From assembly GCA_040289515.1 (NCBI GenBank), contig PSLI01000042.1:1-15650 (forward strand): 15,650 nt of DNA. The letters are read 5' to 3'. Below are positions 8,401 to 15,650 of this stretch, one piece after another. The stretch's first letter is position 1. Every line of letters starts with the position of its first letter. Source of the stretch: Candidatus Sysuimicrobiota bacterium. GTDB taxonomy: Bacteria; Sysuimicrobiota; Sysuimicrobiia; Sysuimicrobiales; Sysuimicrobiaceae. A program made the translations under genes and the position numbers. The notes beneath the pieces were generated by a model. That model was not told the DNA's origin. It saw nothing but the letters and a program-made list of their open reading frames with translations, and searched no databases.

Positions 8401-9672
8401 GTGGCGGTCAGCGAGGCCAGGCGCACCTACGGGGACCTGGTGGTGGACGACCCGAGGGAGTTCCGGGTGCACGGTTCCATCTACACGGACCCCCAGGTGT
8501 TCGAGGCGGAGATGCACCGGATTTTCGAACGCACGTGGGTATACGTGGGGCACGAGTCAGAGCTTCCGGCCCCCGGGGACTACAAGACGGTGCTGGTGGG
8601 GCGCCAGCCCCTCATCGTGTCGCGGCACGAGGACGGGCGCATCTACGCCCTGTACAACCGGTGCCGGCACCGGGGCGCGGTGGTGTGTCGGGAGGAACGG
8701 GGACACTCCAACTTCTTCCGGTGTCGGTACCACAATTGGGTGTATGCCAACAACGGGGCCCTCATCGGCATGGCGCAGGCCTCCGGGTACCCCGAGGACC
8801 TGGACCGGAGCCGCTACGGCCTGGTGCACGCGGCCCGGCTGGAGTCCTACCGGGGCCTGCTGTTCGTGAATCTGTCGCAGGACGGCCCCGGCCTGGCGGA
8901 GCACCTGGAGCCGGTACGGAAGTACGTGGACTACTGGTTCGGGCGCTCCCCCTCGAAGCGCATTCAGGTGATCCTGCCGCCCCACCGGTACGAGTACCCC
9001 GGGAACTGGAAGCTGCAGGCGGAGAACGGGTTCGACGGCTACCACGGGAACTACGTGCACTTGTCATGGCAGCGGGTCCTGCAGCTGTCCCGGGAGTCCA
9101 CCGTGGAGGAGGTTCAGCAGTATCGGCAGGAGGGCTGTGTGCGGGGGCTGCAGAATGGGCACGGGCTGCTGGAGCGGCCCGGTAGCCTCAACCCCGCCTC
9201 TAGCTGGACCGCCCGCATGATGCACCGCTACCCGGAGTACGCGGAGGCTATGCGCAAGCGTTTCGACGACGCGGAGCTGGTGGAGATCTCTGCCCGCCGG
9301 AACATCTTCGTGTTCCCCAACCTGTACCTGTTCGACACCCACATCCGCGTCATCGTGCCGAGGGCGGTGGACCGCACGGAGGTGCAGCTGTACGTGTACG
9401 CCCTCGAGGACGTCCCCGAGGCCATCAACCGCAGCCGCTATCGGGGGCACGAGCGGTTCTACGGGCCCGCGGGCTTCGGTGCCCCGGACGACATCGAGGT
9501 GTTCACGGAGATGCAGACGGGCCTGGCGGCCACGGGGGACCCCTGGAACCTCCTGAACCGGGGGCAGCACCGGGAGCGGGTGGTGGATGGGGAGCACATC
9601 GGACACACCACGGACGAGGCACCGCAGCGGTCCCTGTACCGCGAGTGGAAGCGGATGATGTCGGAGGCGTAA
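8401..9672 (+). CDS. Rieske non-heme iron oxygenase alpha subunit, benzoate/p-cumate-like group
   Basis: FRVH.SIYTDP.VF..EM..IF..TWVYVGHESE, Rieske CRH-x17-CRYH, GNWKLQAENGFDGYHGNYVH, GPAGFGAPDD.E, TDE..QR..Y.EW..MM. GTG 8401 lies 7 nt after GGAGG; ATG 8395 is an alternative. Confidence 0.9.
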   Translation: MAVSEARRTYGDLVVDDPREFRVHGSIYTDPQVFEAEMHRIFERTWVYVGHESELPAPGDYKTVLVGRQPLIVSRHEDGRIYALYNRCRHRGAVVCREERGHSNFFRCRYHNWVYANNGALIGMAQASGYPEDLDRSRYGLVHAARLESYRGLLFVNLSQDGPGLAEHLEPVRKYVDYWFGRSPSKRIQVILPPHRYEYPGNWKLQAENGFDGYHGNYVHLSWQRVLQLSRESTVEEVQQYRQEGCVRGLQNGHGLLERPGSLNPASSWTARMMHRYPEYAEAMRKRFDDAELVEISARRNIFVFPNLYLFDTHIRVIVPRAVDRTEVQLYVYALEDVPEAINRSRYRGHERFYGPAGFGAPDDIEVFTEMQTGLAATGDPWNLLNRGQHRERVVDGEHIGHTTDEAPQRSLYREWKRMMSEA

Positions 9673-9684
9673 AGGGGGGCGCGC

Positions 9685-10179
9685 ATGCTCACCGTGGAAC
9701 ACGCGGAGCGGTTCCTGGTCGCAGAGGCGCGGCTGCTGGACGAGCGCCGGTTCGAGGAATGGGAGGCCCTGTTTACGAAGGACGCGGTGTACTGGGTACC
9801 CATGGACCCCGACCGGGACCCCGGGGAATGCGTCTCCATCATCTACGACGACCGCAAGCGCCTGCACGAGCGGGTCTACCGGCTCACCCGAACTCCCGTC
9901 CTCGACCAGAACCCGCCGTCCCGCACCGTGCGCATCGTGGCCAACGTGGAGGTGGAGCCCGTGGACGGGACGGGAGAGCACCGGGTGCGGTGCAACCAGC
10001 TGATCGCGGAGATGCGACCCGGTGGGCCTGGGCAGGTGGGCTTGAACAACCCCCGGTGGCTAGCGGCCCGTTGCGAGTACCGGCTCCGGGAGGTGGACGG
10101 GAGCTGGCGGATCGCCTACAAGAAGGTGGTCCTTCTGGACGCGGACCAACCGCAGTACAACCTGTCCTTTATCCCCTAG
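9685..10179 (+). CDS. Aromatic ring-hydroxylating dioxygenase beta (small) subunit
   Basis: FL..EARLLDERRFEEW..LF..DA.YWVP, SIIYDDR..L..RV.RL, Q.PPSRT....ANV, W.IA.KKV.L; immediately downstream of the alpha subunit. Confidence 0.92.
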   Translation: MLTVEHAERFLVAEARLLDERRFEEWEALFTKDAVYWVPMDPDRDPGECVSIIYDDRKRLHERVYRLTRTPVLDQNPPSRTVRIVANVEVEPVDGTGEHRVRCNQLIAEMRPGGPGQVGLNNPRWLAARCEYRLREVDGSWRIAYKKVVLLDADQPQYNLSFIP

Positions 10180-10189
10180 GAGGGCGTCC

Positions 10190-10633
10190 ATGGACCCGTA
10201 CGGTCGCCCGTGGAGGGTGGAACGTTCCCTGGGACAGGTGGGGGGGGTGGAGGTGAGCTGCTACGAGACCGCCACGGGGGCCCGGCTGCGTTTGCGGGAT
10301 CCGCAAGGCAGGGAGGTGTTCCTGGACCCCCTGGAGCTGGAAGGGCTGACCCGGGTCCGGCACAAGCCCGTGCCCGGCCTCGGCATCGCTTCTGCGAATG
10401 GACGGGAGGATGGCCAAGAGGCCTGGCACCTGCGGGCGGAGTCCGCACAGCGCCTGCAGAACGAGTTCGCCCTGGTGTCCGTGGCGGTGGTGCAGGAGAA
10501 GGGACGGTCAGGGCTCCTGGTGCGGGACATGAACGGCGGACTGGTGGTGGTCCTGGCCCCGGAGGAGGTGGAGGAACTGCTGCGGGTGCGGCACATGGAT
10601 CTCGCGCGTGCTCCTGGTGGGCTGGGAGGGTGA
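10190..10633 (+). CDS. Hypothetical protein with two tandem ~45-aa repeats, resembling the small uncharacterised ORF of phthalate dioxygenase operons; C-terminus possibly altered by a deletion
   Basis: RBS AGGAGG before ATG 10190. Repeat 1: VEVSCYETATGARLRLRDPQGREVFLDPLELEGLTRVRH; repeat 2: NEFALVSVAVVQEKGRSGLLVRDMNGGLVVVLAPEEVEELLRVRH. Confidence 0.7.
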   Translation: MDPYGRPWRVERSLGQVGGVEVSCYETATGARLRLRDPQGREVFLDPLELEGLTRVRHKPVPGLGIASANGREDGQEAWHLRAESAQRLQNEFALVSVAVVQEKGRSGLLVRDMNGGLVVVLAPEEVEELLRVRHMDLARAPGGLGG

Positions 10634-11159
10634 GGTGCTGGAGGGCTCGGGACGCCGGCACGCGGAGTACCCCATCCACACGGAGATCCTACGGGCGCGG
10701 CCGGACGTGCAGTGCGTGGTCCACACCCACGCACCCGCAGCGGTAGCGTTCGCCTCCCTGGGCGAACCCCTGCGGCCCATCTCCCACGAGGGGACCTTCT
10801 TCGTGCCGCCCGACGTGGCCCGGTTCACCCTTACAGGGGACCTGATCCTGACCCGGGAACTGGGGCAGGCGCTGGCGGAGACCCTGGGGCGGCGCAACGC
10901 CGTACTGCTGGTGCACCACGGCATCGTCACCGTCGGCCCCGACGTACCCACGGCGGTGGTGGGCGCCATTCTGCTGGAGCGGGCGTGTCGCAAGCAGCTC
11001 CTGGCCATGGCGGCGGGGTCCCTGCGGACGTGGTCCAGCGATGAGGAAGCCCTGCGCAAGCGCCAGCACTGCTACCCTCCGGAGCTGGTGCGGCAGGCAT
11101 GGGATTACCTGGTGCGCCGGGTACAGGGTTTACGAGCTCAAGCCGGAGCGCCGGGCTAA
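10608..11159 (+). pseudogene. Class II aldolase/adducin-family protein (PhtC/CmtD-like decarboxylase fold) lacking about the first 55 residues
   Basis: EYPIHTEILRARPDVQCVVHTH, AVLLVHHG and AWDYL are present. The ORF begins at LLVGWEGEV, which aligns with residue ~56 (LLVVDLDGRV) of the paralog at 12705. The G.H.S.R N-terminal motif is not seen upstream, and no RBS precedes GTG 10608. Confidence 0.7.
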
Positions 11160-11175
11160 CAAGGAGGTGGATAGC

Positions 11176-12708
11176 ATGCTGGAGGTGGGCGCGCGCCCCA
11201 TGACGGGTGCGGAGTACCTGGAGAGCCTGCGGGACGGCCGGGAGGTGTACATCCACGGGGAACGGGTGCAGGACGTGACCACCCACCCCGCCTTCCGGAA
11301 TGCGGCCCGCTCCATCGCGCGGCTGTACGACGCCCTGCACGACCCCGCCTACCGGGACGTGCTGACGGCGCCGGACCCCTTCGGCATCCTCACCCACAAG
11401 TTCTTCAAGCCCAGCTACTCCCCCCAGGAGCTGCTGGAGGCGCGGGACGCGATTGCCTGCTGGGCGCGGTTCACGTACGGGTTCATGGGCCGCACTCCGG
11501 ACTACAAGGCCTCCTTCATGGCCACCCTGGGGGCGGCGCCGGAGTTCTACGAGCCCTTCACGGAGAACGCGGTCCGCTGGTACCGGGAGTACGCTGGCCG
11601 GGTGCTCTTCCTGAACCACTGTCTGGTGAACCCGCCGGTGGACCGTACCAAGAAGGCCCACGAGGTGGAGGATGTGTTCCTACACGTGGTGCGGGAGACG
11701 GATCGGGGCATCGTGGTGAGCGGTGCCAAGATGCTGGCCACCGCCTCGGCCCTGACCCACGCCACCTTCGTGGCGCAGAACAGCGCCAGCGCCGCCATGC
11801 TGGAGAAGGGCAAGGCGGAGGACTACGCCCTGGTGTTCATCGCCCCCATGGACACCCGCGGGCAGAAGCTCATCAGCCGGTCCTCCTACGAGGAGCGGGC
11901 GGACAGCCCCTTCGACCACCCCTTGTCCAGCCGCTTCGACGAGAACGACGCGGTGCTGATCTACGACGAGGCTTTCATCCCGTGGGAGCACGTGCTGGTC
12001 TACCGCGACGTGGACAAGGCCCAGCAGTTCTACGCGGCTTCGGGGTTCCTGAACCGGTACAACCTGCAGGCCAGCACGCGTCTGGCGGTGAAGCTGGACT
12101 TCATGTGCGGGTTGCTGGCCAAGGCCCTAGCAGCCAACGGCACGGATGCGTTCCGGGGCGTGCAGGCACAGCTGGGCGAGGTGATCGGCTGGCGGAACCT
12201 GGTGTGGGCCATGACCTCCGCCATGGCCCTGGACCCCCAGCCGGGGCCGGGCGGCAGCGTCATCCCGCGGCTGGAGTACGCGGCCACCGCGCGCCTGTTC
12301 GCCACCCTGGCCTGGCCCCGCGTGAAGGAGACCTTCCAGCTGGTCCTGGGGGGAAGTCCTCTGTACACGGTGTCCAGCTACCGGGACCTCCTCAGCGAGG
12401 AGTTGCAGCCTCTGCTGGAGCGGTACTACCGGGGCACGGGACTGCCCGCGCAGGAGCGCATCAAGCTGTTCAAGCTGGTGTGGGACGCTATCGGGACCGA
12501 GTTCGCAGGCCGGCACGAGCTGTACGAGCGCAACTACTCCGGCAACCACGAGCAGATGCGGCTGGATCTGTTGACCTTCGCCCGCCAGCGGGGCCTGCTG
12601 GACTCCTTCCTATCCCTGGTAGACCGCTGCCTGGAAGATTACGACCTGCACGGGTGGCAGACGGACACGTGGGTATGGGAACCCGAGCCGAAGGAGGGCA
12701 AGGCGTGA
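11176..12708 (+). CDS. hpaB: Two-component FADH2-dependent aromatic monooxygenase, oxygenase subunit (4-hydroxyphenylacetate 3-hydroxylase HpaB / phenol hydroxylase PheA1 family; symbol is family-level)
   Basis: PMTGAEYLESLRDGREVYI.GERV.DVTTHPAFRN, YGFMGRTPDYKA, VSGAK..AT, PLSSRFDENDA, KL.WDAIGTEF.GRHELYERNYSG. ATG 11176 lies 8 nt after AAGGAGG; 510 aa. Confidence 0.9.
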   Translation: MLEVGARPMTGAEYLESLRDGREVYIHGERVQDVTTHPAFRNAARSIARLYDALHDPAYRDVLTAPDPFGILTHKFFKPSYSPQELLEARDAIACWARFTYGFMGRTPDYKASFMATLGAAPEFYEPFTENAVRWYREYAGRVLFLNHCLVNPPVDRTKKAHEVEDVFLHVVRETDRGIVVSGAKMLATASALTHATFVAQNSASAAMLEKGKAEDYALVFIAPMDTRGQKLISRSSYEERADSPFDHPLSSRFDENDAVLIYDEAFIPWEHVLVYRDVDKAQQFYAASGFLNRYNLQASTRLAVKLDFMCGLLAKALAANGTDAFRGVQAQLGEVIGWRNLVWAMTSAMALDPQPGPGGSVIPRLEYAATARLFATLAWPRVKETFQLVLGGSPLYTVSSYRDLLSEELQPLLERYYRGTGLPAQERIKLFKLVWDAIGTEFAGRHELYERNYSGNHEQMRLDLLTFARQRGLLDSFLSLVDRCLEDYDLHGWQTDTWVWEPEPKEGKA

Positions 12709-13439
12709 GGGAGGCACACCTCCGGGAGGAGGTGTTCGCCGCCTGCCGGGTGCTCGTGGGCGAGGGGCTGGTGGAAGCCTACGGTCACGTGAGCGCCCGC
12801 CTGGGGGACGCGGAGCGCTTCCTGGTGACGCCCCGGTACGCGCCGTCCCTCCTGGGCGGCCCCCAGGATTTGCTGGTGGTGGACCTGGACGGGCGGGTGG
12901 TGCGCGGGGAGGCGGCCCCGCCCCTGGAAGTGTGGATGCACACGGAGATGTACCGGCGGCGGCCGGACGTGGCTGCCTTGTGCCGCACGCACGCCTTCGC
13001 GGCCACCGCGTGGAGCACTCTGGGAGAGCCCCTGCGGCCGGTGCACGGTTTCGGGGCTTTCCTGGGGGTGGAGGTGCCCGTGTTCGCCACGCCCTTCCTC
13101 ATCACCACGCCCGAGCTGGGTCGGGCCGTGGCGGAGACCCTGGGGGACGGGGAGGCGGTGCTGCTGCGGGGCAACGGCCAGCTGGTGGCGGGTGGGAGCG
13201 TGGGCGAGGCATGCGTGAAGGCCATCTTCCTGGAGCAGTCCGCGCGGCTGAACCTGGCGGCCCGGGCCGCGGGCACGCCTCGGGTATGGAACGCGGAGGA
13301 GGTGGCCCGGCGCACGGGCCCGGACGTCCCGTATGACCACTTCGGCAGGGCGTGGGAGTACTATCGCACCAAGCACGCGGTGTCCGCTCGGTCGAAACGG
13401 AACGTCCGCTGGCGCCCGTCGTCCGCAGGACAGGGGTGA
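12705..13439 (+). CDS. Class II aldolase/adducin-family protein (decarboxylase-like) with non-canonical metal ligands
   Basis: ACRVL..EGLV.AYGHVSAR, LLVVDLDG, PPLEVWMHTEMYRRRPDV, CRTH, AVLLRGNG, RAWEYY. GTG 12705 overlaps the monooxygenase stop (GTGA) and has AAGGAGG upstream; 244 aa. Confidence 0.85.
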   Translation: MREAHLREEVFAACRVLVGEGLVEAYGHVSARLGDAERFLVTPRYAPSLLGGPQDLLVVDLDGRVVRGEAAPPLEVWMHTEMYRRRPDVAALCRTHAFAATAWSTLGEPLRPVHGFGAFLGVEVPVFATPFLITTPELGRAVAETLGDGEAVLLRGNGQLVAGGSVGEACVKAIFLEQSARLNLAARAAGTPRVWNAEEVARRTGPDVPYDHFGRAWEYYRTKHAVSARSKRNVRWRPSSAGQG

Positions 13440-14677
13440 GGGACCGGTGGCGGTGGATCGCCCTGCCCTTCTGCACGCTCGCCCTCACCATGGGGGTTCG
13501 CAGCGCCTTCGGCGTGTACGTGTTGCCCTGGGAGACGGAGTACGGGGCCACGCGTGCCCACATCGCTTCCGTATCATCCCTGAGCTTGCTGGTGTATGGG
13601 CTGGGCAACATAGCGGCGGGCTCCGTAGCGGAGCGCTTCGGGGTCGCCCGGGTGATGGCCACGAGCCTGATCCTGGTCGCCCTGGGGCTCGCAGCCAGCG
13701 CCCTGGCCCATGGGTGGGTCTGGCTGTACGTGTGGTACGGCGTGGTGGCCTCCGCGGGGTTCTCCGGAGCCTCGCACGTGACCGCGTCGCTGGCGGTGCG
13801 GCACCGTTTCCCACAGGGGCGACGCAGCTTCGTGCTCTCCGTGGCGGTGGCGGGAATGGCCGCGGGGCAGATGGTGGTGGTCCCGGCGCAGGTGCTGCTG
13901 GTGGGCGCCTGGGGCTGGAGGCCCGTGTTGATGGGGCTGGGGGTCGTGGCGGCTTTGCTGGTGGTGGCGGCGGTGGGGCTGTGGCCCGAGCAGGACAGCT
14001 CCCCGCGGGAAGGCGCGGTGCGCGGACCGGCTGGGGTCGGGGCGCTTGTTCGGGACCCCTGGTTTTGGGCTTTCCTGCTGCCGTACGGGGTGTGCGGGTT
14101 CACGGATTCCGGCCTGGTGGACAACCACTTCGTCCCGTATGCCCGGGGCGTGGGCGTACCGGAGGCGATGCTGGCCACGTCCCTGTCCGTGCTGGCTGGC
14201 GCGAACCTGGTGGGGACCGTGGCCGCGGGCTATCTGGCGGATCGGTGGGGCCGCGGCGCGGTGCTGGCCGGTCTTTACGCCCTGCGGGCGGTGGCGCTGG
14301 TAGTCCTCCTATTGGGGGGAAAGGACGCGCTGTGGCCCTTCGCGCTCCTGTTCGGAGCCACCCACTTTTCCACCATCGCGCCCACCAACACCCTGGCCCT
14401 GAGCCTGTTTCGGGCGTCCGCACCGGGGCTGGCGGTGGGATTGGCGTCCTTTGTGCACCAGCTGGGCGCCGCCGCCGGCGCTTTCGCGGGTGGCGCCACC
14501 TTCGACCGCTTTGGGACCTACCGGCCCGCTTTCTCGTCGGGCGCGGCGCTGCTGGTGGCCTCCGCCGCCCTGGCGGGGTGGATCCACCGCCGGGCGGAGA
14601 AAGGCGCCGCAGCCCCTGCTGCACCGGCCCCGGGCCACTCGAGGGGAGTACGCGAAAGACGGAAGGAGGGTGCGTAG
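13436..14677 (+). CDS. Major facilitator superfamily transporter
   Basis: About 12 hydrophobic segments, with MFS motif-A-like loops GSVAERFGVARV and GYLADRWGRGAV and C-terminal GG..FD..G.Y..AF. GTG 13436 overlaps the aldolase stop (GTGA). Confidence 0.88.
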   Translation: MRDRWRWIALPFCTLALTMGVRSAFGVYVLPWETEYGATRAHIASVSSLSLLVYGLGNIAAGSVAERFGVARVMATSLILVALGLAASALAHGWVWLYVWYGVVASAGFSGASHVTASLAVRHRFPQGRRSFVLSVAVAGMAAGQMVVVPAQVLLVGAWGWRPVLMGLGVVAALLVVAAVGLWPEQDSSPREGAVRGPAGVGALVRDPWFWAFLLPYGVCGFTDSGLVDNHFVPYARGVGVPEAMLATSLSVLAGANLVGTVAAGYLADRWGRGAVLAGLYALRAVALVVLLLGGKDALWPFALLFGATHFSTIAPTNTLALSLFRASAPGLAVGLASFVHQLGAAAGAFAGGATFDRFGTYRPAFSSGAALLVASAALAGWIHRRAEKGAAAPAAPAPGHSRGVRERRKEGA

Positions 14678-15650
14678 GATCCGGTGGATGGCGTGGTGCG
14701 TGCTGGTGCTGACGGCGGCCGTGGCCGCCTCTGCCTAGGGCTCGCGGGACCTGGTGGCCGGGGCCCGGCGGGAGGGCCGCGTGGTGGTGTGCGGCTCCAT
14801 GGAGTCAGACATCTTCGAGGTCGTCCGCAAGATCTTCGAGGGGCGCTACGGGGCGCCGGTGGAGTACTGGCGTGCCCCAACACGCGGGTGCTGGATCGGG
14901 TGCTCACGGAGGTGCGCGCGGGGCGGGTGGGGTTCGACGTGGTGCGCACCAACGCCGCGGCCATGAAGCTCATGAGGCGCCACGAATCCCTCACCCGCTA
15001 TCTGTCCCATTCCTACGAAGCGTTCCTCCGCGCCAGCCACGACCCGGACGGTGTGCTGTCACCCATATCGCTGGACGCCCATCCGCATCCTGTACAACAC
15101 CCGTCTGGTACGAGCCCAGGAGCTGCCCCGCAGCGTGACGGAACTGACGGAGCCCCGGTGGCGGGGCGGGGTGCTGCTCGCGGACCTCACGGCGAACGTG
15201 ATCCCTGCCAGCTGGCTGTTGGGCCTGCGCGACAGCTGGGCGAGGGGTGGCGGGTTTTCGTGGAACGCCTGGCCGCCAACGCGGCCCTCGTGGAGTCGGT
15301 GCTGGAGGTGGTGCAGAGGGTCGTCTCGGGCGAGTACCCGGTGGGCGTGTCCTTTATCAAGCACGTCCACTCGTTCAGAAAGGAGGGCGCACCCCTGGAC
15401 TACGCGCGGCTGGATCCCGTGCTGGCGCTCCCCCGCCACGTGGGGATGAGCGCCCGGGCCGCGCACCCGGCCGCGCCTAGGCTGTTCGTGGACGCGCTGC
15501 TGTCCCGGACGGCGCCGCTGGCCCTGGCGCAGGCGGGTGAGCGCGTCCTGGTCCCGGGCGTGTGCCCCCCATCCGGGACGCGGACAAGCTCCGGGTGGTG
15601 ATGATGGAGGACCTGGACGAGCGGGAGTTCCAGCAGGCCCGAGACGAGCT
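14670..15650 (+). pseudogene. ABC transporter extracellular solute-binding protein (AfuA/Fe3+-type SBP fold), pseudogene, continuing past the window end
   Basis: The signal peptide MRRIRWMAWCVLVLTAAVAASA ends in an in-frame TAG (14736-14738). SBP segments AGARREGRVVV, F...YG.PVEYWRA, ILYNTRLV, LTEPRWRG, V.SGEYP, HP.A.RLFVD.LLS are spread across frames, with shifts near 14878, 15063, 15235 and 15570. Confidence 0.82.

Noticed and set aside
14684..15601. 305-aa ORF as an intact solute-binding protein
   Set aside because: Only two segments are in the homologous frame; the signal peptide, N-terminus, middle and C-terminus lie in other frames.
1..15650. CRISPR arrays, tRNA/rRNA, riboswitches, defence systems
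   Set aside because: No regularly spaced direct repeats or RNA gene signatures were seen; nearly all sequence is accounted for by tightly packed catabolic CDSs.

Overview
High-GC bacterial window holding a compact, divergently transcribed aromatic-catabolism island. The leftward arm (8208->531) encodes a NagG/AndAc/TphA2-type Rieske oxygenase alpha+beta pair, a 4,5-dihydroxyphthalate decarboxylase (OphC/Pht5)-family protein and the lower meta-cleavage genes (dmpF, dmpG, a divergent dmpH-like gene, dmpC-like, mhpD). The rightward arm (8401->end) encodes a second, benzoate/cumate-type Rieske alpha+beta pair, a two-repeat hypothetical protein, a 5'-truncated class II aldolase/decarboxylase, an HpaB/PheA1-family flavin monooxygenase, a second class II aldolase with altered metal ligands, an MFS transporter and a decayed ABC solute-binding protein gene. 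The window has no ferredoxin, ferredoxin reductase, flavin reductase, dihydrodiol dehydrogenase, ring-cleavage dioxygenase, tautomerase or regulator. An apparent deletion junction near 10606 may account for some of these absences. The left edge carries an internally deleted IS3-family remnant interrupted by a probable IS256-type end. All family assignments come from motif recognition by eye, not from database searches.
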